A stretch of DNA of 64,000 nucleotides from Octopus vulgaris (lineage: Eukaryota): assembly GCA_951406725.2 (NCBI GenBank), contig OX597823.1, positions 35,340,001-35,404,000 on the forward strand, read 5' to 3'. The translations under genes and the position numbers were made by a program. Below are positions 50,781 to 64,000 of the stretch, in pieces. The notes below the pieces were generated by a model that ran no database searches, was not told the origin of the DNA, and saw nothing but the letters and a program-made list of their open reading frames with translations. Numbering within the stretch: position 1 is the stretch's first letter; every line of letters begins with the position of its first letter.

Positions 50781-51146
50781 GTATATGCCATGTATATATG
50801 TAGAAATGCATAAACAAACGATGTAACGTATACTGAATGAAAAAACGAACGGGAGACAAACAGAAGGTCCGTAATTTCTCATCAGTTATCGACCAATTGG
50901 TAACAATCAGTTTTGCGCCTTTAACGATAAGAGCGAATGCTTCCCAATTGGCAGTACCCGCAAAAAAAGGTTTTCTTGCGGAGAATTTGGGACAAGCGCA
51001 AACAAGACAAAACAAAACGAGCAAAACGACGGTGGAAGAGAACGTATAGTCGAACAAAATACGGCCTTGCGCCAAGGGGACGAAAATAGTGGGTAACGGT
51101 TAGAAAATGTTTTGAACGGAGAGACAAAGAATTTGTGACTGGTCAG

Positions 51147-51189
<43 letters not shown>

Positions 51190-51278
51190 GGTCCCGGGTT
51201 GATTCGGGGTTAACCACAGTAAATAAGGTACTCAATACATAGCAGAGTAAAATTAATTTATTGAAGCTCCTTCTATAT

Positions 51279-51337
<59 letters not shown>

Positions 51338-51411
51338 TATATATATATATATTTTTTGATATGCTGGCCATTGATAAAATTTTTTGCGGGAAAAAAAATT
51401 TATCGTATATC

Positions 51412-51472
<61 letters not shown>

Positions 51473-51537
51473 CATCAGCCGTTTTTTTGTGTCGTCTATT
51501 TGAATGTTTTGCGTTATTGGCCCATTTTGTATTTTTA

Positions 51538-51576
<39 letters not shown>

Positions 51577-51676
51577 CACATATACCATATACGTATATAA
51601 CATATATACTTCATACACACACGAATACATATACGTTTATACAAATAGATACTACAAACACACATACATCCGCGCG

Positions 51677-51716
<40 letters not shown>

Positions 51717-51842
51717 AGTGTATAAATATATATAATAAAATATAATATAATGATATATATATATATATGTATGTATAATTATATCATTTAGAGAAATATA
51801 TAAACCCGGTGGGGAAGCACACGCTAAGATGTAGAGCAGCTA

Positions 51843-52044
51843 ATATTATAATAGGGGAGGTTGGTTTATGGAGTTACTCTGGGCTTCTTGCTTATAAGAG
51901 TTTCAGCCTTATGGCGTATCTTCGGACCCCAAACACTGCTGGCCTAAGACCTCTTTAACACCAATGTAACCCCATAAACCGGTCTCCCCCATTATTATAT
52001 ATATATATATATTATAATGGGGGAGACCGGTTTATGGGGTTACA
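51843..52044. mobile_element. Small palindromic MITE-like element with a third terminal copy
   Basis: ~34 bp unit forward at 51843, inverted at ~51965-51998, forward again at ~52010-52044. Confidence 0.65.
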
Positions 52045-52644
52045 CACATATATATATAAAGTTAGATCGATATACATACGTATATACATATAGATACATA
52101 CAAATACATGAGTACAAATATATTGTATTATATTTTATATGCTAAAAGAATCTTGTCTCAATCCAAAATCATAGTATAGGACAGAACAATTTTCATCGCA
52201 GGCCTATATGACGCGACACTTCCATTCTGACAAACTCAGCTACGCACATATATTGTGATCGTGGTCCTTTACTTTGCCACAGTACTGCACGTGTTTCAAC
52301 TCAGGGCGTTGTTATTTAAAATCACGACAGGGCATATCCATATGAATGGTAACCAAGTGACTAGGCATTAATCTGCAACACAACAGGATCCGCTACACTT
52401 ATCTATGTTTAAATAGTAAACGTACTGTAAATAATTGGTTACGAAGGATGATAAAATCGCTTATACATTCTCACACACAAACATACATATAGAATAAAGT
52501 ATTTTGAGTATGTAAATTTACGTACACGTCTGTAGTTGGTACTTTATATATTATAGAGACATATAACACACACACCCATTCACACACACACACACACACG
52601 CACACAAAACACACACAAAACACACACACAAAAGAAAACACACA

Positions 52645-52688
<44 letters not shown>

Positions 52689-52699
52689 CACACACATAT

Positions 52700-52824
52700 A
52701 GGCGCAGGCTACCAATCTCATGGTTCAAGGTTCAGTGTCTTCTACTATAGCCTCGGGCCGACCAAAGCCTTATGAGTGGATTTGGTAGACGGGAACTGAA
52801 AGAAGCCGTCGTGTATATATGTAT

Positions 52825-52900
<76 letters not shown>

Positions 52901-53125
52901 GAGTGTGTGTATGTGTGTGTACGTTTGTGCGTCTGTGTTTGTCCCCCCACCATCACTTGACAACCGATGGTGGTCTGTTTATGTCCCCGTACTTAGCAGT
53001 TCGGCAAAAGAAAACCGATAGAATAAGTATTAAGCTTACAAAAGAATAAGTCCTGGGGGTCGATTTGTGCGACTAAAGGCGGTACTCCAGTATGGCCCCA
53101 GTCAAATGACTGAAACAAATAAAAG

Positions 53126-53128
<3 letters not shown>
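52700..53128 (+). mobile_element. SINE family A with deletions in the head
   Basis: Homology to other family A copies. Confidence 0.85.
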
Positions 53129-53181
<53 letters not shown>

Positions 53182-53630
53182 TCCCAAAGTTGTGTGTGTG
53201 TGTGTGTTTATGTGTGTGTGTGTAAATATGCTCTGTCAGAAGTTATTAAATTTTAATTTCAACTATTTTAATTATTTTTCCCTCTGTGGTTCATTAATAC
53301 TAGATATATTCACTATTGACGAATCTATCAACTAAATCAACGGGATTAAGGAAAAAGTGGGGGAGGGGAACAAAACTAGCAAGTTCTAGCAAGAAAAAAA
53401 TAATCTAATTTCATAGTTTTTAAACAAGATAATTACTAGTGTAAAATTTATAATCATCACCTAACGAATTAGATATACCATCTTCATAAATACAGTGGTA
53501 TTTAATTATTTCGCGAAGTAGCTGGATCTAATCGAAAAAGTATTCAGCTTTTCATGTTTAGTAACTCCTTAAAAACGAAAGTGAAAGCCAACTTTCTTTC
53601 TTTCTTTCCTTCTTTCTTTCTTTCCTTTTT

Positions 53631-53709
<79 letters not shown>

Positions 53710-53780
53710 GTTTATCGAACTAGCTATATTGATTGATAGTTTATTCCCCTCTCTGTATACACCATGTATATGCATATACT

Positions 53781-54188
53781 ATTTTACTCTTTTACATGTT
53801 TCAGTCATGGAGCACCGCCTTTAGTCGAACAAATCGACTCCAGGACTTATTCTTTGTAAGCCTAGCACTTAATCTATCGGTCTCTTTTGCCGAACCGCTA
53901 AGTTACGGGGACGTAAACACACCCCCATCGGTTGTCAAGCGATGTTGGGGGGACAAACACAGACACACAAACACACACACACACACACACATATATACAT
54001 ATACACATATACATATACATATATACGACGGGCTTCTTTCAGTTTCCGTCTACCAAATCCACTCACAAGGCTTTGGTCTGCCCGAGGCTATAGTAGAAGA
54101 CACTTGCCCAAGGTGCCACGCAGTGGGACTGAACCCGGAACCATGTGGTTGGTAAGCAAGCTACTTACCACACAAACACTCCTGCTCC

Positions 54189-54189
<1 letters not shown>
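53781..54189 (-). mobile_element. SINE family A
   Basis: Homology to other family A copies. Confidence 0.85.
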
Positions 54190-54241
<52 letters not shown>

Positions 54242-54346
54242 TCATATATATGTATATATATATGTCTATGTATATATACGTACATATATGTATATATGTA
54301 TATAGCACTATTTATATAGGTGAATCAACGAATCTTTATAAATATG

Positions 54347-54412
<66 letters not shown>

Positions 54413-54430
54413 AATACTTTCATACATACA

Positions 54431-54479
<49 letters not shown>

Positions 54480-54627
54480 TAGTATATAGAAAAATTGTCT
54501 TACCTCGGAAAACGTGTTTTCATAGATTCCTTGTAATTGAAATAAATGGGGAAAGTGAAAGTGCGAAGAATGTAGTGTGAGAGAGAGGGGAGAGAAGGGG
54601 TGAGAGGGAGAAAGAGAAGGAGAGAGA

Positions 54628-54691
<64 letters not shown>

Positions 54692-56900
54692 GGATATCAG
54701 GAGGTGATATCAAGCGAAAGAAAGCCACTAGATACTCCCATCGAATTATAGATTAAGAATGACAGCTGTACAGGAAGATCTATACAGAGAAAAGAAAGAG
54801 AAAACTAGATAGATAGAAAGATAGATAAATAGATAGATAAAAAGATAGAAGAAAAGAAAGAAAGATAAATAGATAGATAGGTAGCTAGATTGAATTATTG
54901 ATTGATTGATTGACTGATAGACCGATTGATTGACAGACGTAGGTACAAAATGTAAGAGTGGCAATTAAAATCTATGATTAATTAATAAATGAATTAACAG
55001 TATGAGAAGGAAAGAGCGAGGGAGGTAGAAAGAGAGAGAGAGAGAGAGAGAGAAAGGAAGAGAGAGAAAGAGCTGCGTCTGTGTGCTTGCGCATGTGCAT
55101 ATGAATGTTTTTTTTTTTAAGTATGTCTTTGCCTTCGTCAAAATATTGCGTGAGTTCATGCTAGTGCCCATGAGTGAACTGAGATGTGATTGTTGTACTT
55201 CTGGCTCTTTCTTCTTCTTCTTCTTCTTCTGCTGCTTATTGGAACGGTATAAGGAAGTGTGTCCAGGTGCTAGTTGCTGATTGTGGCTACAGGTGAGATT
55301 AGCGGTGGCACTTGTGCCAGTGATGTATAGCAGTTTTAATCTTGATAAATAGTTGGAAGTTTTGTGATGATGGTGGTGGTGGTGGTGGTGGTTGGTGCTG
55401 GTTGGTGTAGTCTGAAGTTTAATTCTTTCAAAGTTGATGAATGATAGTGATTGTGATAAAGATGAGAGTGATATTGGCGGCGGCGGCGGTGGTGGTGGTG
55501 GTGGTGGTAGACCAGTAGTGACGTGATTGTTGTTGTTGTTGTTGTCCTTGTTTAACCTTAAGTCAACCCTGATTCAGTAAATCTGTGATTAAACCCATTC
55601 CAACAATAAACATCTTGTGACTTGTCCAGCCTACTTAACACGTGTTGTTTTTAAAATAGTTGCGTTTAGCTGTTATTTCTAACAAAGACTACGTTTAATC
55701 GTTTAAATGTTCATGAACGATAGTGATGATGGTAATGACGACGAGGGACTGTACCAATGGTAATAATAGGTTTTATTGCAATTTCAATATTGTATGGTGG
55801 CGGTGGTGCAATTCTGTGTTTTGGTGTTGATTTCTTTTGTTTTGGTGTTTTTTTGCTTTTGTTAATAAAGTATTTAAAAAAGTGGGGAAAAAAAAAACTG
55901 TGTTATCAAAGCTTTGATGTTCGCTTCAGAGTTTTCCCCTTAAGGTTGCAGCCACTACTACTGCTTGTGCTACTGCTACTACCGTTGCTAGTGCTACTGC
56001 TGTTGCAACAGTAGTAGCTGTTACTGCAAAAGTCAGTTGTTGCTGCTGTTACAACTTGACTAAAATAGGAGCACCGAAACAGTAGAAACAGAGGCTGCTC
56101 TGGTACCTTTATAAGAACGGTTGCGGAGTTGGATAACATACTGCATAAAATTGAAACAAATGAAGCAAAAATGAACGGCTGAGGGGGGAAATTGTGTGAA
56201 AAGGGGAAACCTGTTGTAAACGCAGTTGAATGGTGAAAGTCTGGGAATAGGGGAAAATGGTAAAGCTTGCGTGCAAAGAAAAGAGAGGGTGAGAGAAAGA
56301 GAGAGGGAGGGAGAGAGAGAGGGAGAGAGAGGGAGAGAGAGGGAGACAGACAGAAAGGGAATGAATGTATGAAGTGAAAGAAAAAGAAATATAGACAGAA
56401 AACGAGAAAAGGGAAAGAAATAGTTTAGAAATATATGTAGAGATAACAATATAGGTATATGTATGTATGTGTATATACGTGTGTGTGCTTGTGTGTGCTT
56501 GTGTGTGTGTGATAAATACTAGAGAAATTGCTAACAGATGTGTATATACAGTATTTGTGTATGTGTTTGAGCTTATACAGATAGATAAAGCAAACGGAAT
56601 TATAGACATTCATATATATGAATATACATAAATACATACAGACACGCATTTCTCTCTCACTTTCTTTCCCCTTCTGTGTGTGCGTGTGGAGGGCGCGCTT
56701 GTGTGTATGTGTGTGAGTGTGCGTGTGCGGGGGAGTGTGCGGGGGCGTGTGCGGGGGCGTGTGTGGGTATGTATCTATATACATGTATATAATATCACCT
56801 GGGTAATAATCATATAACGTGCATTCCAAAGCTCTATGAGTATCAGCTACCGTAAAGAATAGACATTCTCCTTTTACTGGATATACATGCGGAAATCCGT

Positions 56901-56954
<54 letters not shown>

Positions 56955-57222
56955 GGCGTAGGAGTGGCTGTGTGGTAAGTAGCTTACTTACCAACTACAT
57001 GGTTCTGGGTTCTGGGTTCAGTCCCACTGCGTGGCACCTTGGGCAAGTGTCTTCTACTATAGCCTCGGGCCGACCAAAGCCTTGTGAGTGGATTTGGTAG
57101 ACGGAAACTGAAAGAAGCCCGTCGTATATATGTATGTATATGTATGTGTGTGTGTTTGTGTGTCTGTGTTTGTCCCCCCACCATCAATTGACAACCGATG
57201 CTGGTGTGTTTACGTCCCCGTA
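56955..57222 (+). mobile_element. SINE family A, 3'-truncated
   Basis: ggcgtaggagtggctgtgtggtaagtagc...gggttcagtccc... Confidence 0.85.
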
Positions 57223-57504
57223 CTAGTACTACCCGTATATTAAACAAATTTTCATCTAAATCATTACAATTGTTTCTGTGCATTAACATCAACTGTTAAC
57301 TCCTGAATGTTTCACATATTATACATATTATTATATATATGATCGAGCAATAGTTGTATACCTGTTCGTCATTAGGTAAGTAGCTTTCAGAGCACTGCTA
57401 GATTATCTATAGTTGCCCTTTGCTTTATAACTATATTCTGTTTTTTTTTAGCATTCCCTTGACAAAGAGCAACACAAATTCAAAGAGATACAAATGATAA
57501 AAAT

Positions 57505-57526
57505 ACCAATAACAACAACAACAACA

Positions 57527-57611
<85 letters not shown>

Positions 57612-57666
57612 TAATAATAATAATGTTGATAATAATAATAATAATAATAATGATAATAATAATAAC

Positions 57667-57724
<58 letters not shown>

Positions 57725-57725
57725 T
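57505..57725. repeat. (AAT)n microsatellite
   Basis: Direct reading. Confidence 0.95.
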
Positions 57726-57917
57726 TGAGAAGAGCATTATCGCTGTGAAAACAACATCCATCCATGAATTTATTTATTTATTAATTTTTAAATACATATT
57801 TTATCTGTGAATTTGCGTGTGTAATCTAGGAATGCATACAATGAGCTTCTCTGCCCTAGGTGTATGGAAAACACTCGGCGAGAAACGGAAGAAGATTTGA
57901 AGAAAGAAGGAAAAAAC

Positions 57918-57971
<54 letters not shown>

Positions 57972-58334
57972 GGTAAAATAATGGAAATAAAAAAAAAATA
58001 TTAAATATGAATTAACAAAGCCCCCTTATTGAATCCGTTCTTTAGCATAAACTTGTCTTGCTTTCTATGAAGATAGATGAACACCCGAAGATTATAATGT
58101 TGCATATACATAAACTAGAAACATTCGAAGTAAGTCGTTTGCGCGCGGTCAACTTATTACCACAGCGGGACACCAACTCGTCTGCCAGTACACTACAATC
58201 TGTTTGCTCATAAACTTAATTTTAGCTGTCCTTAGGTTTCTTCACAATCGCTTTATCAATACTTGAGAGACGCTATCGCACCAAGAAGAATTTACTTGCC
58301 TGCACTTTTATACATACATACATACATACATACA

Positions 58335-58804
58335 TACGTGGTCTGATCAATAAGTACCCTGACCGTTACCATAGTAACGAAGCTAAATAACGCAGAATAA
58401 AGCCGCTTGGCACAGATTGATCTTGAACTCTGTGTGCAAAGAAAGACATCTTCTTGTTGCGGGCCTCCCCAAACATTTGTCAATATCGACATTTTTCGGC
58501 CATCTTGGAAACCTCTGAACCACTTGTACACTTGTGTGCTACTCATACACTCCTCTCCATGCATTTTCTGCAACTTTGCACATGCATCTGAGCAGGTATC
58601 GCCATAAGAACTTTCTCTGTCATGGTCAATGACACACATTCCTTATAAGCACTGCTGTAAACAGAGGAAGTGAGATAGAATGTCAAAAGTTTGTGCGCAT
58701 GCACAACATAGTTTAAGGTCAATCTGTGTCAAGCGGCTTCACCCTGCGTGCTTCAGTTTTGTTACTATGGCAACAGTCCGGATACTTATTGCTAAAACCT
58801 CGTA
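58335..58804 (-). mobile_element. Internally deleted mariner element with ~100 bp TIRs and a transposase HTH fragment
   Basis: TA-cgtggtctgatcaataagtacc... / ...ggatacttattgctaaaacctcg-TA; GDTCSDACAKLQKMHGEECMSSTQVYKWFRGFQDGRK resembles the mariner N-terminal HTH. Confidence 0.85.
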
Positions 58805-58849
58805 CATTGGTGGTTGTCTACTTCCTCATGCAGAGTCTGACTACCACCT

Positions 58850-60615
58850 TAGATCTATCATGATATCTGATGTGACTTTTTAAACCAGACAATGTTTTGA
58901 AAAGATATCCACATAAATTTCATATCTGCTTTGGACCACCAAGAGCTGCAGTTAAGTTCTGATCTTCGTGGATTTAAAATTGTCTTTTGAGGTCTCTGTT
59001 AGATTTGCAGACATTATGGCATACATGGTATTGACAGGTATGCACAGACGGATAGGCAGAATATGTGGTGGAGGTGGTAAGGATACATTTCTGGTTGATC
59101 GTGGCATTTAAAAAAATCTTTGAGTTTCGCATGGATCATCCTGGTTTCTCCAAATGCTTTCACTTCACTCGACACTTTTGTTCGCCATCCGGCTCGATCC
59201 GAAGCAAGGTTTTCAATGGCTTTTTCGATTCATTCCAAGTAGCTTCATGTTAGTCCTTATACAGTCTTTAAACCTCTTTTTAGGTTTAGACTGATTGCGT
59301 TTCCCTTCTGCAAGTTCGCCATAAAACAACTATTTGGGTGTGCGTTCATCCGTCATTCGAACAACGTAGCGAGATCATCTTATTTGATTTTTCAAGATCA
59401 TGGATTTAAGTGAACTGATAACTGTAGATGCAAGGACATGTCTGGAATAAAAAACATCCGATTTAATGTTTAAAATGTAGCGAAGGTACTTTTGTGGAAC
59501 CGCTCTAACAATTTGAGATATCTTTTATAAGAGGTCCATGTTTCAGAGGAATACTACAATGGTAGCACAAACGGGTTGTTATTTATATGTCGCTGGCGCC
59601 AAACGCGTGACTCCAAACTATCATATGCTTGGGCTGCCCTTTGGATTCTCTGATGTATTTCTGTGTTCAGATTTCTATCATTTTGTATTGAGCTTGAAAG
59701 TAGGTGAAAGAGTCAACAACCTCAAATAACTTACCCTCAACGAAAATTTTAGTGGGGTTGCAATTAGCACCATGTGCAGGTTGATACATCGCAACTATCT
59801 TTTTCAAGTTTATGGTCCAGCCAAAATCAAAGAGAAACTTGCCTATATACATATACGATAAACTTTCCTATATACATAAATCCATAATCATGTTTAGATT
59901 TTTTTCTGGGGAATTTATTTTCCTTAGAATTAACCACAAAGTATTGATTAATAATATCGAATGCTTTGTTTAAATCAACAAAGTAGTGGTATAGTGCAAG
60001 ATTCTGTCCAATGCACTTTCCTGAAATTGTCTGATTGTAAAAATACAATCAGCCGTAATCCTGGAGGAGCGAAAACCACATTGAGACTCAGACACTATAT
60101 TTGGAACGATGAAGGAATTTAAGCGCTCTAACAGAATATAAGCAAGTACCTTTCCAACTACAGACAAAGCGAAATCTCACGAAAATTACTACACAGATCC
60201 TTTGGCTCGTGCTACTGCTACTACTGTTGCTGGTGCTACTGCTGTTGGAACAGTAGTAGCTGTTACAGCAAAAGTCAGTTGTTGCAGCTGTTACAACTTG
60301 ACTAAAATAGGAGCACCAATACAAGGAGACTAAAACGGCATCAATCCAGTCTTGAGGCACTTCCTCTGTTCCTCAATAGTGACAAATTAATATATTTAAG
60401 ACTTCAGGCAATTTGTCACTTCCATATTTCAATACATCTGCACAGATTCCATGAGATCCTGGATACTTGTTATTCAGCTTATTCACGGCTAAAGGAATGT
60501 CATTTAAAGTTGGTTCAAATGCCATCTTCTCTATAACTGGAAACTGTTAGGTTTGTTCTATCATCCTCATGTCAACGGTCGATCGTCTATTCAAAAGTGC
60601 AGAAAAATGTTCTGT
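58850..60615 (-). mobile_element. RTE-clade LINE remnant with RT core deleted
   Basis: PQDWIDAVLVSLY...SVVGKVLAYILLERLN...SESQCGFR...CIFTIRQFQE...FVDLNKAFD; FGWTINLKK; ERFH..YLRYILNIK; RMTDERTPK*LFYGELAEGKRNQSKPKKRFKD. Confidence 0.9.
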
Positions 60616-61169
60616 CTAGGTTGCCTGGGGTTAAAGCTAACTCGCCTTGTCAGTTTATGGAAAATACCATCCGAATCATTTGCTGATTCAGTAAATGGTA
60701 AAGTGATAATAATAAATTGTTAAAGTGGCTATTCGTAATTTAAAAAAAAAAAACAAGGCACAAGTACAAACGTCACAAGAAGTGACACACGCACGCACAC
60801 ACACACTCACATAGTGTACTGTTCCGTGATGGTAAGATCAATAAAAAAGGGGTCTATCTTGTGAGAGATAAATATTATTTAATAAACGCAGTATATGTTT
60901 TTATGTGCTACTATTAGTTTCATGTGCTGAATACATATCAAACATTGTTTTGTAACACGTCTGGTGTTCTACCACAATCATCGCGTAGTGTCCACATGTC
61001 ATAACGAACTAAAGATGGGACAAGAGAAGAATCGAGAAGAGGTGAAAAAGAAATATATATAAAATGTAGGAAGTTGAAAATCTTGAAAGCGAAAACGTAA
61101 TCAGAAAGACGCAAAAGCGGTAAAAGAATAATTTCTCTTAGACCGAAAATTATAAGGCTGAAAAGATAG

Positions 61170-61645
61170 TGACTTATACTTTATGGTACAGATTTAACTC
61201 GCTTGGGGAGGTACCTTGTGAGCCTCTTTGTATTAAACACATTAAGATCTAAGTTCCCAACTCTCGACGTTGATCTATACCGAGATGACAGTTTCGGTAT
61301 TTGCCATAACTGTGATGGTTATACCCTTGATAAATTTAGGAAATAACTGACTTCAACCTTCAGTGAATTATGCTTTAAAATCACAATAACTAAAGCTGAT
61401 TTTTTTAGTTGTTTCCCAAGAAATGACTTTCTCCTCTTATAAAAATTAACATAAGCCCAACGGGAAACTTGCCTATATACATAAACATTCTTGTGACCCT
61501 CCTGTAATCTTTAAATTTTTAAACTACTAATATTAGTAAGATAGTTTCTAACCTCCCTTTCTCTTAAGAAATTTTCGAGAAGGCAACTCCTAACTATCAC
61601 AATCCCTTCTCCAATAGTGGCTTTAAAGTTAAATTAATATATAAC
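61170..61645 (+). mobile_element. PLE RT C-terminal/thumb remnant
   Basis: DLYRDDSFGIC...LDKFRK*L...HKPNGKLAYIHKHSCDPP...EIFEKATPNY...SGF. Confidence 0.8.
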
Positions 61646-62514
61646 CTCTCTAATTATTTACATTCGACGGATATTTGTCCTCATCTTGTTTGTTGGGGAA
61701 ATTTCGAACCTGGGTTCTCATTCCTAAGGTATTTTTCGACGTAATTATTATTATTATTATTATTATTAGTATAAGTTGTCCACATTTTAAAATCGTCGGC
61801 TACAAGGACCACTAATTTGTGCTCTATACGGTCGACTTAGATAGACTTCGTTTGGTAGGGACCCAGTTATTTGAAGCTGGATGCGTCATCCCAGCAAGCT
61901 AGGCTTACGGAGACCGGAATAGAGAATTAGTTACGCGTGCATGGATGGGGGTGTGAGTAGGGCAATCGTCAACAACAAATGGTGGTTTGCCCTGAAAAGG
62001 GCAATTAGAGTAGGTTCAATTAGGCTTAGTAATGCGATACAAAAAATAGAATAGCGGGAAACTTAGAAAAGGCGCTTAGGAAAAGCATTTGAACCGACAT
62101 GGTGGCGGCGACATTGGCCCAGGACCAATTCTTCAACGCTAAACACAAGGGACATTTATTTCACTCATAAAATATCAGTCAGGGAATAAATTATTGCCAT
62201 GTGTCTACGATCCGTCTTAGTTTGGCTCATTTTTCCAATCCAAATCTCATATCAGTTAACATTTCTTCTACAATCAACCTTTGGCCAAAAGTGGAAATGG
62301 GACTGGAACATTCTACTTACAGGTGACTTGTCTGACTATTTTGTAAATAAATTATTATGGAAGAACGAGCTTTTGCTCAAGTGTAGCTTCAACTTGTACT
62401 CTGCAGACGTTAAGCAACTATAAACACTGCTCCCAGACAGAAATGTACGTCTCCCGGTTCCACGCCATGGATGTTGTCCTTCGGTGTTGTCGCCAGGCAA
62501 CACCTGTGACACCT

Positions 62515-62650
62515 TCGACGCCCTAACGATTCAACCAATCAACTCATAGGAATGGTTTATCGAAATGAAAGCAGCAGATTCGATTATGGTGGATTTGAAT
62601 TCAATGCGTAGAGAATCAAAACAAATACTACAAGGCCTTCTATCCGACAT
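62515..62650 (-). mobile_element. SINE family B, highly degraded
   Basis: tttatcgaaatgaaagc...ggatttgaattca resembles the reverse complement of the family B core and B box. Confidence 0.5.
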
Positions 62651-63927
62651 CTCAATAACAACTTATCACCTAAGTCTTGATTAGCGTTTCGTTTATAAAT
62701 GCTCGTTCCCTTTAGAATATTGTTCTTTAAATTGAGAGGGGGTTCAGTTTATATAATTTCTCCATTTATTTCCACAATAGTTTGGTACGATTAATGTACC
62801 TACTTATTATTGGCACAGCTCTACTCGAGGTCAATGTTTACGGGATCCCTTTTACGGAACACTGTTAAACTCCATGTGACAGTCAATTCCTACAACCTAC
62901 TGTCTCCTACAAATTTTGATTATGGCTTTGTTGATTAGATATTTATAAACATATGAGCCTATACAATATCCTTTCCCACAAGAAGCCAATAAAGCTTTTG
63001 TCATATCTTGTGTCTTATGAAATAACTTTGCTATCAACTTATAACTCCCTATTAATTATGTTCACTAGAATTTTGGGATCATCTTACGTGATCTCTTGCT
63101 GCAGGCATTTGTTGTTGTGTGACACTTGTTTTGTTGTCATAATTCTGCAGTGCTTGACTCTCCTTTTTTTCTACATTTTTTCCAGTTCTATGTCATTATT
63201 AATTTCTTTAAAGATTCAGGTGTATTGTCTTTTATTTTATATTATTTTTTGTTGTTGTTCTAATGTTTGAGTTTTGATAGTCCTAACTGTGTAGAATTGA
63301 GGAGGTACTTACATTCCACTTTAAATACAGTCAATGTGTTGCGTGTGTGTGTGCGTATGTGTGTGTATGTATTATCTCATTTATGCTGGTCATATTGACG
63401 GTTGTGTCATTTTTATTTATTCTGTATTGGACGTATTTGTTTATATTGCTGATAGTATTTTATTGCTAACTTTTGGAGTTGTTTATTTATTAATAACAAA
63501 GGCAAGCCGCTGGATTTAGTTAAAAAAAAAACGATGAGCAATGGCTAGAAGAATATTGATAAATCTAATGATCACCTGCTGGCGTCCAGTATGCAGAGCT
63601 TTCAACTGATAGCACTTGCATCTGCAAGTTGTTTGCAAAAATATCATCACTGATTTTTATGGTTATTTTCCATGACGTTGCTATTTGATATTCCTCTATA
63701 TTTTTCATGTCTTTCTAATATTTCTGTATTTCATATGGTCAAATTAGTTGCGCCTTTTATTGTTACATTCAATTTATTGTTTAGTTTTATTCTTAAACCC
63801 TTGCCGCCTCAGGAACGTCTCCTATTGTCTTTAATTCTTGAAATACTTCTATTTCTAGGTTGACAGCTTTATGAATACTGTCATTAAAATGTCTTATTCT
63901 TAAATCCTCCTCATATTTCCTGTTATA

Positions 63928-63988
<61 letters not shown>

Positions 63989-64000
63989 TTTTCTTGCGTT

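Noticed and set aside
52280-52400. Minus-strand GAAACACGTG half of a hammerhead
   Set aside because: No convincing CUGANGA partner, and the cleavage triplet is mutated

Overview
AT-rich, microsatellite-saturated animal DNA. The SINE/LINE content suggests an octopus or other coleoid cephalopod (inference). I can support no intact host protein-coding gene, and almost all listed ORFs are translations of (TA)n, (CA)n, (AAT)n, (TATG)n or (TCTA)n tracts. The window is mostly decayed transposons: R4/Dong-like RLE LINE fragments beside (TAA)n, a near full-length HERO-like RLE LINE with a tandem 3' copy, RTE LINE remnants, and many Penelope-like element (PLE) RT and GIY-YIG remnants including one near-complete ~2.2 kb copy. 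It also holds two SINE families, mariner MITEs, Helitron ends, a short LTR plus PBS, and a foldback element carrying (TTAGGG)n. The main hidden signal is about 13 minimal type I hammerhead ribozyme (HHR) motifs in (TA)n-flanked PLE terminal repeats. They carry family-specific palindromes in stem III and often sit in divergent inverted pairs. Other notable items are a possible rearranged HHR-like motif, templated insertions copied from nearby DNA into an RTE, and a large inverted duplication. All calls were made by eye, and element boundaries are approximate.
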